From a virus (Duplodnaviria > Caudoviricetes): a DNA stretch of 24,418 nucleotides. This document shows, in pieces, positions 9,701 to 17,017 of this stretch. The position numbers were made by a program, and so were the translations under genes. Below the pieces are notes generated by a model. The model was given only the letters and a program-made list of their open reading frames with translations, did not search any database and was not told the DNA's origin. The stretch's first letter is position 1. Every line of letters begins with the position of its first letter. The DNA is taken from positions 1 to 24,418 of the IMG/VR virus record IMGVR_UViG_3300030207_001179. One strand, written 5' to 3'.

Positions 9701-11677
9701 GCGTCTACTTCTGGAGTAATTTTTAATCAACCTACAATAGAAACTTTTGAAGCTTTGCATAAAGGTGGAATTGTAAACAAACTTTTAGGTACAAATGGTA
9801 GAGCAGCGTTTGAACAGGCAGAACGTATATGGAGAAATTCTATTGATGAAATAAAAATAGGTACATGGGAATCTTTAACAAAACATTTAGATCCTGTACA
9901 AAATGCAACAGAACTAAGACAGATTGCAGAGTTTATAAACAAAGGTATGGGTACTTTAGACAGTGCTGCAAGTGGTGTTGGTAGAGCTCAACGAGAAATA
10001 GAAAGTGCATATTTATTTTTCTCTCCAAGAATGACAAGGTCTATAGTTGGATTATTAGGTGATGCTGTAACAATGGGAGGAAGGCAAGGTCAACTAGCAA
10101 GAGAAGGTGCTATAGGAGCTTATGCTTCTTTACAAGCTTATACATGGGCAGTAGGTCAAGCACTAGGGCAAGAAGTAAACTTAAATCCATTTGAACCAAA
10201 CTACATGCAAGTTAAGTTGCCAGTTTTAGATACTTATGTAGGACCAGGTGGTCAGATAGTTTCTTTACCTAGAGCGATTATTAGATTACTAGGAGGCCCA
10301 GATGATATGGATGCTTTATATCAAGAGGTAGATGCAAACGGAGATTTTAAAGATCAACCTTGGTTTAAGTTTATACGAAGTAGAGCATTTACTTCACCAG
10401 GTGGTTCTATGATGGCAGAGGCAATTACAAATGAGAATTACTTTGGAGAACCATATGAAGGTGTAAGCGATTTTGCTCTTGCTCAAACAGGAAGACTGTT
10501 ACCTTTTTGGGCTCAAGCAGTTACAGAATCAGTGTTAGATGAAAGTGTTACGGCTAGTGCAGCTGGCGGTCTTGCTGAATTTGCAGGTCTTAGATCTGCA
10601 CCAGAAACAGTTTGGGGTCGTAATAAAATTCTTTTGAATGAAGCAACAAAAATGCTTTACCCTGACACTGTAAACTACTATGACTTAGATCCTATTGCAA
10701 AAAAAATAATACGAGAAGAGTTAGCAAAAGGTGATAGTAGTTTTTTTAATAGAGTAGAAGTAGAAGGTGGAGCACAACTTCTAAAAGAGTATCAACAAGT
10801 AAACCGTATTATGGAAAATCAAAGAGCAAATAGCAATCAAGACTCAAATAAAATAAATGAATTTTATGATGAATTAGAAAAGATAGGTGCTGAAAAAGAT
10901 TTGTATGCTGCAACAGAATTGAACAAATATAAAAACAGTAATCAAAATACTAGAGATCGTAGAAAAATAATACAAGATATTAACAAAGAATTTGCAAGAC
11001 GATACGACAAACTTTATGACCCTCAAGGCGAATACAAAGATGTATTGAATTACTTATCTAGGTTAGATACTGCTAGAGGATTAGAAAGTCCTGAGTCAGT
11101 TTGGATAACTTCTTACAAAGAACAAGTTTTATATAACGAGGCTTTTGATGTAGTTTCATCAGACAACATAGAATACTTTGATTATCAAAAACAAGACCAG
11201 ATGAGACGTGCTTGGATAGATCAATATGGCACAGATGCATTTGAATATGTTAGGCAGTATTTTGCAATAACTCAAGATTTAGAACCAGATGAGAAAGAAC
11301 TAAAAGATGCTAGAGAATACTTTTCTTATTACTGGGATGCCAGTGAGTTAGCTGCACTAGAAGATACTGCAAGACGGTTTAATATTCCTAAAGAATCTAT
11401 AGAACAATATCATTATTCAAAAGCAGGAATGACAGAAGACCAGAAGATACTAATAGACACTTTACCTGAAATGAGATTCTTTAACAAAAGACGAAAAAAT
11501 ATACAGGATGAGTTAAGAAAAAACAACCAAGCTTTAGATGGTTTTATATATAGATGGAACTATTCAGATACATTATTACATCCTAGAAATAAAGGCACTG
11601 AAGGTTTTTGGACAGACAAGAGAGCTATTGACTTGACCAATCCTAATCACTTATACTCTACATATAATAACAATTAA
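6785..11677 (+). CDS. Large putative internal virion / DNA ejection protein (1630 aa)
   Basis: Strong SD AGGAGG; largest ORF in the window, mostly helical in character. The segment FFSPR...NPFEPNYMQVK...ITNENYFGEPY...AEFAGLR recalls large phage ejection/polyvalent proteins. No enzyme motif recognised. Confidence 0.55.
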   Translation: MTTPPFGTGYSSSSTSSFFDKLRQKRLQEQKRQQQRLADARKRIQAARESQRIRDQYEQGNVTTALGPAVTPTPGQYLPVPPPTPNDIYVKNLNVSNPEMIDYGKFFGSGVLENITEAGITTLGKLEPAMNTAAGLGARLLPGGSEFDKQLQAVVKEREEAGKAGGLRGYFASGTEAARRAEVLQRGSEYGASIALSALPDNLFGTGIDTDTLNNKRKKYFEEFTGEEWSFGNSIKYWTDDLRATRQAYLEVEQPKYVKGTLEFFGDPINLLTGGSLAEVTAAYKIIKAGATKSARLAAKPLGYNDFLKGDNTIKDNVRNANAATDPDIQSEVAERFVVDSPLAGTRSTTVFDPDSNIIDKLSGVKSASKKQSLFTDELHSQTLRRISETTPGVLIKVIQQGNKLLDNLGLSFMTRTTAYATRLINPKFVASVGRDKANLRNLQTTITITEQKLKNLSYASSQSLLTKLGKFDDVFQVNPNKVGNYIDDIEDGMIHFNKTFNKKIFEEAAKKEVNLIKNFDKGTGAAQRVTLKDLYAEFTGLTAKQDKRVNVRMQENFIHESIISQAIVDLKYIAKENKVVADLNPAFKGKTANPFWDGKNITEQGEYFIQKSLNSVEQVNRLDAMGAPIKVANTKIVKGKRVLDGTSTVLTGQDKYTFQQLAGGHISRKAYFDEKIKYKGKKNYQHEGDYRNANDKIGKYYNEARKVLNPEDIHDVALKDNGIRYFSPDEMVHLQMQAHYEQIAQIYRSSQYQKFFEANPAMLEKYGAKVLKTKAGQKKNVEGLFDIRTNIATGRSNVYEITKKDVSKVSEGEVIDETSRIFDSLFFQNREQAENFARQADVLLESRALKMSDLTSVGKMTDHFKNVLLGQTGTGLDIPANLTSTVTSTGRLFGTGLDVAGSFLYGLVFFGKANSEILKGIAQGNKARVNTGLEIMKVLGKAQYNAFKVFGDQKAVQQRIWRKDRADAIRSASTSGVIFNQPTIETFEALHKGGIVNKLLGTNGRAAFEQAERIWRNSIDEIKIGTWESLTKHLDPVQNATELRQIAEFINKGMGTLDSAASGVGRAQREIESAYLFFSPRMTRSIVGLLGDAVTMGGRQGQLAREGAIGAYASLQAYTWAVGQALGQEVNLNPFEPNYMQVKLPVLDTYVGPGGQIVSLPRAIIRLLGGPDDMDALYQEVDANGDFKDQPWFKFIRSRAFTSPGGSMMAEAITNENYFGEPYEGVSDFALAQTGRLLPFWAQAVTESVLDESVTASAAGGLAEFAGLRSAPETVWGRNKILLNEATKMLYPDTVNYYDLDPIAKKIIREELAKGDSSFFNRVEVEGGAQLLKEYQQVNRIMENQRANSNQDSNKINEFYDELEKIGAEKDLYAATELNKYKNSNQNTRDRRKIIQDINKEFARRYDKLYDPQGEYKDVLNYLSRLDTARGLESPESVWITSYKEQVLYNEAFDVVSSDNIEYFDYQKQDQMRRAWIDQYGTDAFEYVRQYFAITQDLEPDEKELKDAREYFSYYWDASELAALEDTARRFNIPKESIEQYHYSKAGMTEDQKILIDTLPEMRFFNKRRKNIQDELRKNNQALDGFIYRWNYSDTLLHPRNKGTEGFWTDKRAIDLTNPNHLYSTYNNN
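11628..11657 (+). promoter_or_regulatory. Putative sigma70-type promoter for the scaffold-capsid genes
   Basis: TTGACT (11628-11633), 18-nt spacer, TATACT (11652-11657), inside the 3' end of the 1630-aa gene and ~50 nt before the scaffold ATG. Confidence 0.55.
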
Positions 11678-11707
11678 AACTATCTATGGATAGAAAGGTC
11701 TAAGGAC

Positions 11708-12487
11708 ATGGCAGAAGAAGTCAAACAAAACTCACCAGAAGCAACTGCACAACAAATTCTTGCAGACAATTCCAAGGAACAACCCCAAGAAACTGTAGCA
11801 ACTCCTGAACAACCAGCAACAACTGAGACTCCAGACGTATCAAGTTTAGTAGACAAAAGACTACAAGACTTTATAGGAAAAGAACAAGGTAGACTGGCAC
11901 AAGTGTCAGGACAAAAGATAGCCGAGGTGAAACAATCTTTTGACAGTAAGTTAGAAGAATTGAATCAGAGATTAGAGCCTTTGATGCAAATGGCTAACGC
12001 ACAAGAAAGAGAAAGACTTCTTAACCTTGACAATGAACAACTAGCAGAGATGGTATTAAAACAAAGGTCACAACCAGCTACGGCACAACCACAACCTGTA
12101 CAACAGGAACAACAAGTAGACCCTAATATAAATGCTTTGGCAACAGCTACACAGGATTTGTTAAATCAAAACGGTCTTGATATAAAAATAGAAGACTCAA
12201 GATTGTGGGATGGATATACCCAAGGTATGTCTTTATTGCAGTCAATTGATTTAGCAAGAAAAAATATTGAGAAAATGAAAGGCTCACAACCTCAACAGGC
12301 TCAACAACCTGCGGCAACTACACCAGCTCCAGCTACTCCTTCGACTCAAGGTGCTCCACAAAAAAGCGTAAAAACAATTAGCAGTTTGTCTGATGCAGCA
12401 CAATTATTTGCAGATGGTAATATAGACTCTACTCAATATAGAGATGCCAAGAAACAAATAAAAAGTTCTGGGTCAGCAACATTATAA
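11708..12487 (+). CDS. Capsid scaffolding protein
   Basis: Directly upstream of the capsid gene; acidic, Q/P/E-rich N-terminus, coiled coil, flexible P/A/T linker and a short basic C-terminal helical element. Confidence 0.75.
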   Translation: MAEEVKQNSPEATAQQILADNSKEQPQETVATPEQPATTETPDVSSLVDKRLQDFIGKEQGRLAQVSGQKIAEVKQSFDSKLEELNQRLEPLMQMANAQERERLLNLDNEQLAEMVLKQRSQPATAQPQPVQQEQQVDPNINALATATQDLLNQNGLDIKIEDSRLWDGYTQGMSLLQSIDLARKNIEKMKGSQPQQAQQPAATTPAPATPSTQGAPQKSVKTISSLSDAAQLFADGNIDSTQYRDAKKQIKSSGSATL

Positions 12488-12499
12488 GGAAATAAAACA

Positions 12500-13396
12500 A
12501 TGGCAACAGGATTATCCCTTTCAAGCTCCTCGAGTTTGAGTGATATGTCTAAAATCATTGTCGCTGAATCAATTGATAACGTAGAGCCGTCAGCACCTAT
12601 GATGGACCTTGTGATGAGGTATGATATAGAAGCTGGCAGTAAACAGATCAACGTTCCTATTTGGGGAAGACAAAGTGCAGTAGCTCTTACTGAAGGTGTA
12701 GATTTATCTGTACCACAGCAGGTTACAGCAACAGTTGTAAGTTTGACTGCATCTGAACACGGAATACTATCATTTGTTAGTGACCGATTACGACATGAAA
12801 ACAACGAAAACGTACTGTCAGCAGTAGGTACTATGCACGGTCGTGCAGTAGGAAGACTACTAGACAGTGACTTATTGACACTATTAGACGGTTTCTCAAA
12901 GTCTGTACCAGGTGCAGGTAGCAATGCAACATTTACTACAATTGCAGGTGCAGTATCTTATTTGAGAACCGACAACAACTCAACATTTGGACCAGCTCCA
13001 AGTAGACCTAATGCAGTTCTACACCCAGAGCAGATACGAAGGTTGACTCAAGAACTTGCAGGTATACAAGCAGCAGGCACAGGAATGCCAGCTCAGACTG
13101 TACCAGAAGGCCCATCAGCTGACATAATCAGTTCTTACTGGAGAGGTAACGACCCAGTATTTGGTGTCCCGATCTATGAAGATGGAAACATCTCACGAGA
13201 TGGATCAGGTGACTCAAAAGGTGGAGTCTTTGCAATGGAAGCATTAGCTCTTGCAATGCAGAAAGAAATTACTGCTGAGGAAGAGAGAGACGCATCTCTA
13301 AGAGGTACTGAGATTGTAACAACTGGTACTTGGGGTGAGTCAGAAATCGTAGATACTTGGGGAGTTGAAATTCTTTCAGCTACTGATGCTGTCTAA
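12500..13396 (+). CDS. Major capsid protein (probable HK97 fold)
   Basis: 298 aa after the scaffold. HK97-like pattern: INVPIWG...ALTEGVDL (E-loop), long helix GTMHGRAVGRLLDSDLL, AVLHPEQ, VFGVPIYEDGNI, and terminal EEERDASLRGTEIVTTGTWG. Confidence 0.88.
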   Translation: MATGLSLSSSSSLSDMSKIIVAESIDNVEPSAPMMDLVMRYDIEAGSKQINVPIWGRQSAVALTEGVDLSVPQQVTATVVSLTASEHGILSFVSDRLRHENNENVLSAVGTMHGRAVGRLLDSDLLTLLDGFSKSVPGAGSNATFTTIAGAVSYLRTDNNSTFGPAPSRPNAVLHPEQIRRLTQELAGIQAAGTGMPAQTVPEGPSADIISSYWRGNDPVFGVPIYEDGNISRDGSGDSKGGVFAMEALALAMQKEITAEEERDASLRGTEIVTTGTWGESEIVDTWGVEILSATDAV

Positions 13397-13412
13397 GAAA
13401 GGTAGGTAATTT

Positions 13413-13772
13413 GTGGTAACTCAGGATACGTCTCAATGGATTAACAAAAAACGAGGACACGTCAAAAGGTTCTTGAGTGAATCTATTGCAGAGTTAAACC
13501 TTGATATTCCAGCTGATGCTGAGAAGGTGACACTTTATGACCAGAGAGATGGTTCAAAGTTAGTCATCCCGAGATATGCCGCAGACACTTATCTAAAAAA
13601 ACCGTTTACCATTTGTGATATAAAAAATGGAACAATTGTAGATAACATAGACTCCAACAAAAAATTATTTGATTGGAAGCCACCTTCTAAGATTGAGGAT
13701 AGTGTAGCCAGCGCAGGTAAAGCTATCTCAAAAACTAAGAAACGAAAAAGAGGAAAGAGAGGCAGAAGATAA
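13413..13772 (+). CDS. Hypothetical protein with highly basic C-terminal tail
   Basis: GTG start after AGGTAGGT; ends KTKKRKRGKRGRR; TAATG-coupled to the next gene. Confidence 0.75.
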   Translation: MVTQDTSQWINKKRGHVKRFLSESIAELNLDIPADAEKVTLYDQRDGSKLVIPRYAADTYLKKPFTICDIKNGTIVDNIDSNKKLFDWKPPSKIEDSVASAGKAISKTKKRKRGKRGRR

Positions 13773-14245
13773 TGGAACAACCAGTTATTGCACCACCGAA
13801 AATAATGCAAAACTATTGGAGGGATGAAGTCATTGCACAACATCCTGACATGGTTAAGGAATATTTGGAGAGGAACAATTTACAGGAATTACCGTTACCT
13901 GAATACGTTACACCAGATCAAGCGATATTTTATCGTGAGATAAATGGTGAATGGGAAACTCTTAAGTACCCTGGACAGATTCATGGTCTCGCCACTGCCG
14001 TACAGAAAAATTGGCTCATGGCTCGCCCTGTGCTTGAGACGTTAGAAGCCGATAGTACCGAAGCTTCCAGTGAGAGCAGTCTAGAGGTGGCTACCGATAT
14101 GTTAGCACAAGAGTTAAAGAAACGGGAAACAAGAGAAATTAACAAAAGTAAATCTTTGAAATGTACTGTAAAAGGTTGCAGAAAAAGATTTGCTACAGAG
14201 AGTAACATGAAGATTCATATTACTCGGAAACATAAGGAAAATTAA
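13772..14245 (+). CDS. C2H2 zinc finger-containing protein
   Basis: C-terminal CTVKGCRKRFATESNMKIHITRKH = C-x4-C-x3-F-x5-M-x2-H-x4-H (14162-14233). Confidence 0.8.
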   Translation: MEQPVIAPPKIMQNYWRDEVIAQHPDMVKEYLERNNLQELPLPEYVTPDQAIFYREINGEWETLKYPGQIHGLATAVQKNWLMARPVLETLEADSTEASSESSLEVATDMLAQELKKRETREINKSKSLKCTVKGCRKRFATESNMKIHITRKHKEN

Positions 14246-14247
14246 CT

Positions 14248-14601
14248 ATGAGTGCTGGAACACGACAATATGAGAGTGGTTCAACAACCACCACTTTGTC
14301 TGGCAATGCAGATTTAACTATTACTGCTGCTAGTACAAAGTTACAAATCGTTGACCCAGGTGGTTCAGGAAGAAACTTAGACTTGGTAGCTGTAGATGCT
14401 TCTGAAACTGGTGTAACTACAAGTTCTTTTGAAGTTTACATACAGAACGAGGCAGATGCTGACGAAGATCTAACTATCAGAGATGGTAACAACAGTGACA
14501 ACCAAATCGCTTTAGTTCACCAAAACTCTGGTGCTTGGTTTAAATTTGTGCCAGACGGAAGTGCTGGTCAATGGGTTTCTTCAACTTCTGGAGACAACTA
14601 A
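14248..14601 (+). CDS. Putative capsid decoration / minor structural protein
   Basis: 117 aa, acidic, S/T/G/D-rich with beta-strand pattern; last gene before a hairpin that closes the capsid block. Confidence 0.45.
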   Translation: MSAGTRQYESGSTTTTLSGNADLTITAASTKLQIVDPGGSGRNLDLVAVDASETGVTTSSFEVYIQNEADADEDLTIRDGNNSDNQIALVHQNSGAWFKFVPDGSAGQWVSSTSGDN

Positions 14602-14615
14602 AAATTAGTAATAAT

Positions 14616-14645
14616 AATAGAGGGGGATTTATTTCTCCCTCTGTT
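14616..14645 (+). terminator. Stem-loop (weak terminator, attenuator or processing site) after the capsid block
   Basis: AATAGAGGGGGA-tttatt-TCTCCCTCTGTT: 12-bp stem with two G-U pairs in the 14602-14661 gap. No long U tract follows. Confidence 0.55.
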
Positions 14646-14661
14646 AGACAAGGAATATATA

Positions 14662-14967
14662 ATGGCAATATTAGGATATGAGAAATTAGCTGTGGCTGCC
14701 TCAGCAGTTGGCTTGGCTAGTGTTCCATCAGAAGCTACAGTTGCACACATACAATGTGATACAGCAGCTGTTAGGTTTAGATATGATGGTACTGACCCAA
14801 CAACAGCAGAAGGCACAACTATTGCAGCAGACGGAAGTATTACATTGATGGGAACTGATGTACTTAATGCAGTAAAGTTTATAAGAACTACTTCTACAAG
14901 TGCTTCACTAAAAGTGGCATATGGTTCACACACATCTGGTGTAGCTGGCTTTCAGGATGCAATCTAA
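14662..14967 (+). CDS. Small beta-rich putative structural protein
   Basis: SD AAGGA; 101 aa, A/T/V/G-rich; VRFRYDGTDPT motif. Confidence 0.55.
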   Translation: MAILGYEKLAVAASAVGLASVPSEATVAHIQCDTAAVRFRYDGTDPTTAEGTTIAADGSITLMGTDVLNAVKFIRTTSTSASLKVAYGSHTSGVAGFQDAI

Positions 14968-15401
14968 TGGCTCATGACAAAAATCACATTGTTAGAAAAC
15001 AAGAACAAACTATCGTAGAAGTAGATGTTCCAGGTAAAGATCTAAAAATTCTTGTACCTGATAATGTATACGCATACGGTGATGATAAATCAGTAGTTCA
15101 AATGACTGAAGATATTGTTGGTAAACATGCTGATAACAACAATAAAGCAGCAGAAAAAGCTGGTGAAGATGCAAGAGAACAATTGCAGACTACAGATTTT
15201 GATTTGAAAAGAAGACAAGTAGCAATAGACAAATTAAAAGCAAAAAAACCTAAAGCATTGTTTTATCCAGACTATGATGACTTCGGTGCAATCAAGGGTG
15301 GCAAGTGGGTGTTTTCATACACAACTGAAGCTGGCTTAGAAGAAATACGAGAACATTACTTTACTACTGAAGAGGTAGCAGGTTTTGGAGTTAAGTTGTA
15401 A
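14967..15401 (+). CDS. Hypothetical protein (144 aa)
   Basis: TAATG-coupled to the upstream gene and abutting the downstream gene. Confidence 0.75.
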   Translation: MAHDKNHIVRKQEQTIVEVDVPGKDLKILVPDNVYAYGDDKSVVQMTEDIVGKHADNNNKAAEKAGEDAREQLQTTDFDLKRRQVAIDKLKAKKPKALFYPDYDDFGAIKGGKWVFSYTTEAGLEEIREHYFTTEEVAGFGVKL

Positions 15402-15698
15402 ATGGCATCTATTACAGCAGGTACTAAAACAGTTAGTTCAGCTGGAACAAGAGTGCAAGTTACTACTACTCCAACACCAGTAAGACGTGTTAGATTCCAA
15501 GCACCACCAGGCAACACTGGTATAACTTATGTTGGTGGTTCAGATGTTTCATCATCCGTAGCAGGTATTGAATTTTCAGCAGCAGGTGGTAGTGAGACTA
15601 TAGATTTTACGGAAGGAAGACCAGGAGACTTGTCAGAATTTTATTGCGATTCTGCATCGGATGGGGATAAAATACATTTTATTGGAGTATTAGTATAA
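15402..15698 (+). CDS. Small beta-rich putative structural protein
   Basis: 98 aa, T/S/G/V-rich; QAPPGNTGITYVGGSDV motif; coupled to the next gene. Confidence 0.55.
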   Translation: MASITAGTKTVSSAGTRVQVTTTPTPVRRVRFQAPPGNTGITYVGGSDVSSSVAGIEFSAAGGSETIDFTEGRPGDLSEFYCDSASDGDKIHFIGVLV

Positions 15699-17017
15699 TG
15701 CCAACAACAATTTCATCAACAACATCATTAGCAACTATGCTACCAGAATATGCTAGACGTATAGGTGCATATGTTGGATCGTTTACAACTACAACTGCTA
15801 TAGCTGCAAATACATCTGTAGTATGCACAACCCTAGCAGATAGAGGCTTTGATGTAGATGACCTACTAAATGATTTTTATATAAAGATAACATCACAAAA
15901 TAATGATGGTGCTATTCGTAGAATATCTGATTACACAGGTAGCAGTGGAACTATAACTGTATCTGGTTCTAGTCTTAGTTCAGATAGTAGTACACAGGCT
16001 ACGTTTGAAATATATAGATATGATCCTCAAAGACTAACTGATACGTTGCAAGATGCAGCTCAAGAAATATTCCCTAGAGTATTTGTTCCTGTGTATAACA
16101 ATACAAGTACGGCTAAAGAATTTCAATATAACTTTACTAGACCTACTTCTATCCCAAGAGGATACGTTAGACAGGTATGGATAGAGAAAAGAATAGATGC
16201 AAAAACAAGTACAGATAATATTCTTAGTGACCAGAACTGTGACATGGAAGAATCATCCTCTAGTATTACTGACTGGACTGCAAGTAATATTACTGCTGCT
16301 GTAGAAGCAGATACTACTGACCCAGATAATGCAATGGTATGGGGAGAATCTCAATCTGCAAAACTAACTGTGTCTGCATCTTCTGTAGGTCAGTTCTATT
16401 TATCAGTAACTAATCCTACTAACTACGAGGGTGAAGAACTAAACTTTGCTATATGGGTATACTCTAAAACTGCAAGTCGTGTATCAGCATTTTTACAAAC
16501 AGACTCTGATACTGTAGTTACTGGAGATTCACATACGGGAAACGGCTGGGAAAGAATAACAGTTACTACTGTTGCTAACAATGTTTCTAGTTCTATCAAG
16601 GCAGGACTACAGATAAGTTCTGGTACAGCTTTTACTTGTTATGCTGATGAGGCAATCGCTACTTCTGGTAGAGAAGAAATGCCTAGAGCAGGTAGGATTG
16701 CAGTTAGAAACTGGAGAGAAGAAGACACACAAATTAGAATTACAGAGGCAATACCAGAAGATCATAACCTAATGATTGTTGGTATGGGTATGCTAGACTT
16801 TGGAAACTTATCCTCTTCAGCACAAGAGATAAACGAAAACAGTAGAAGGTTGCTATATAACGTAGCTGCTAGTATTTTATTCCAAGGTGAAATAGATACA
16901 GTTGACTCTACAGAACAGCAACAAGCATTGAATAGATTTAATCACTATAGAAATAGAACAAATGAAATGATGGGTGCAATGACACCTATGGCTATGATAA
17001 GGAACACAGCTTCGTAA
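15698..17017 (+). CDS. Putative head-tail adaptor-like tail protein with inserted carbohydrate-binding-like domain
   Basis: Lies before a nozzle-sized gene; helical N- and C-terminal segments flank a jelly-roll-like insert (~16217-16660, NILSDQNCDME...W...SQSAKL...FAIWVY...GWERITV...YADEA). Confidence 0.55.
   Translation: MPTTISSTTSLATMLPEYARRIGAYVGSFTTTTAIAANTSVVCTTLADRGFDVDDLLNDFYIKITSQNNDGAIRRISDYTGSSGTITVSGSSLSSDSSTQATFEIYRYDPQRLTDTLQDAAQEIFPRVFVPVYNNTSTAKEFQYNFTRPTSIPRGYVRQVWIEKRIDAKTSTDNILSDQNCDMEESSSSITDWTASNITAAVEADTTDPDNAMVWGESQSAKLTVSASSVGQFYLSVTNPTNYEGEELNFAIWVYSKTASRVSAFLQTDSDTVVTGDSHTGNGWERITVTTVANNVSSSIKAGLQISSGTAFTCYADEAIATSGREEMPRAGRIAVRNWREEDTQIRITEAIPEDHNLMIVGMGMLDFGNLSSSAQEINENSRRLLYNVAASILFQGEIDTVDSTEQQQALNRFNHYRNRTNEMMGAMTPMAMIRNTAS

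Noticed and set aside
13370-13420. Programmed frameshift or readthrough extending the capsid protein
   Set aside because: No slippery heptamer near the TAA stop, and the next gene has its own SD-like sequence and GTG start.
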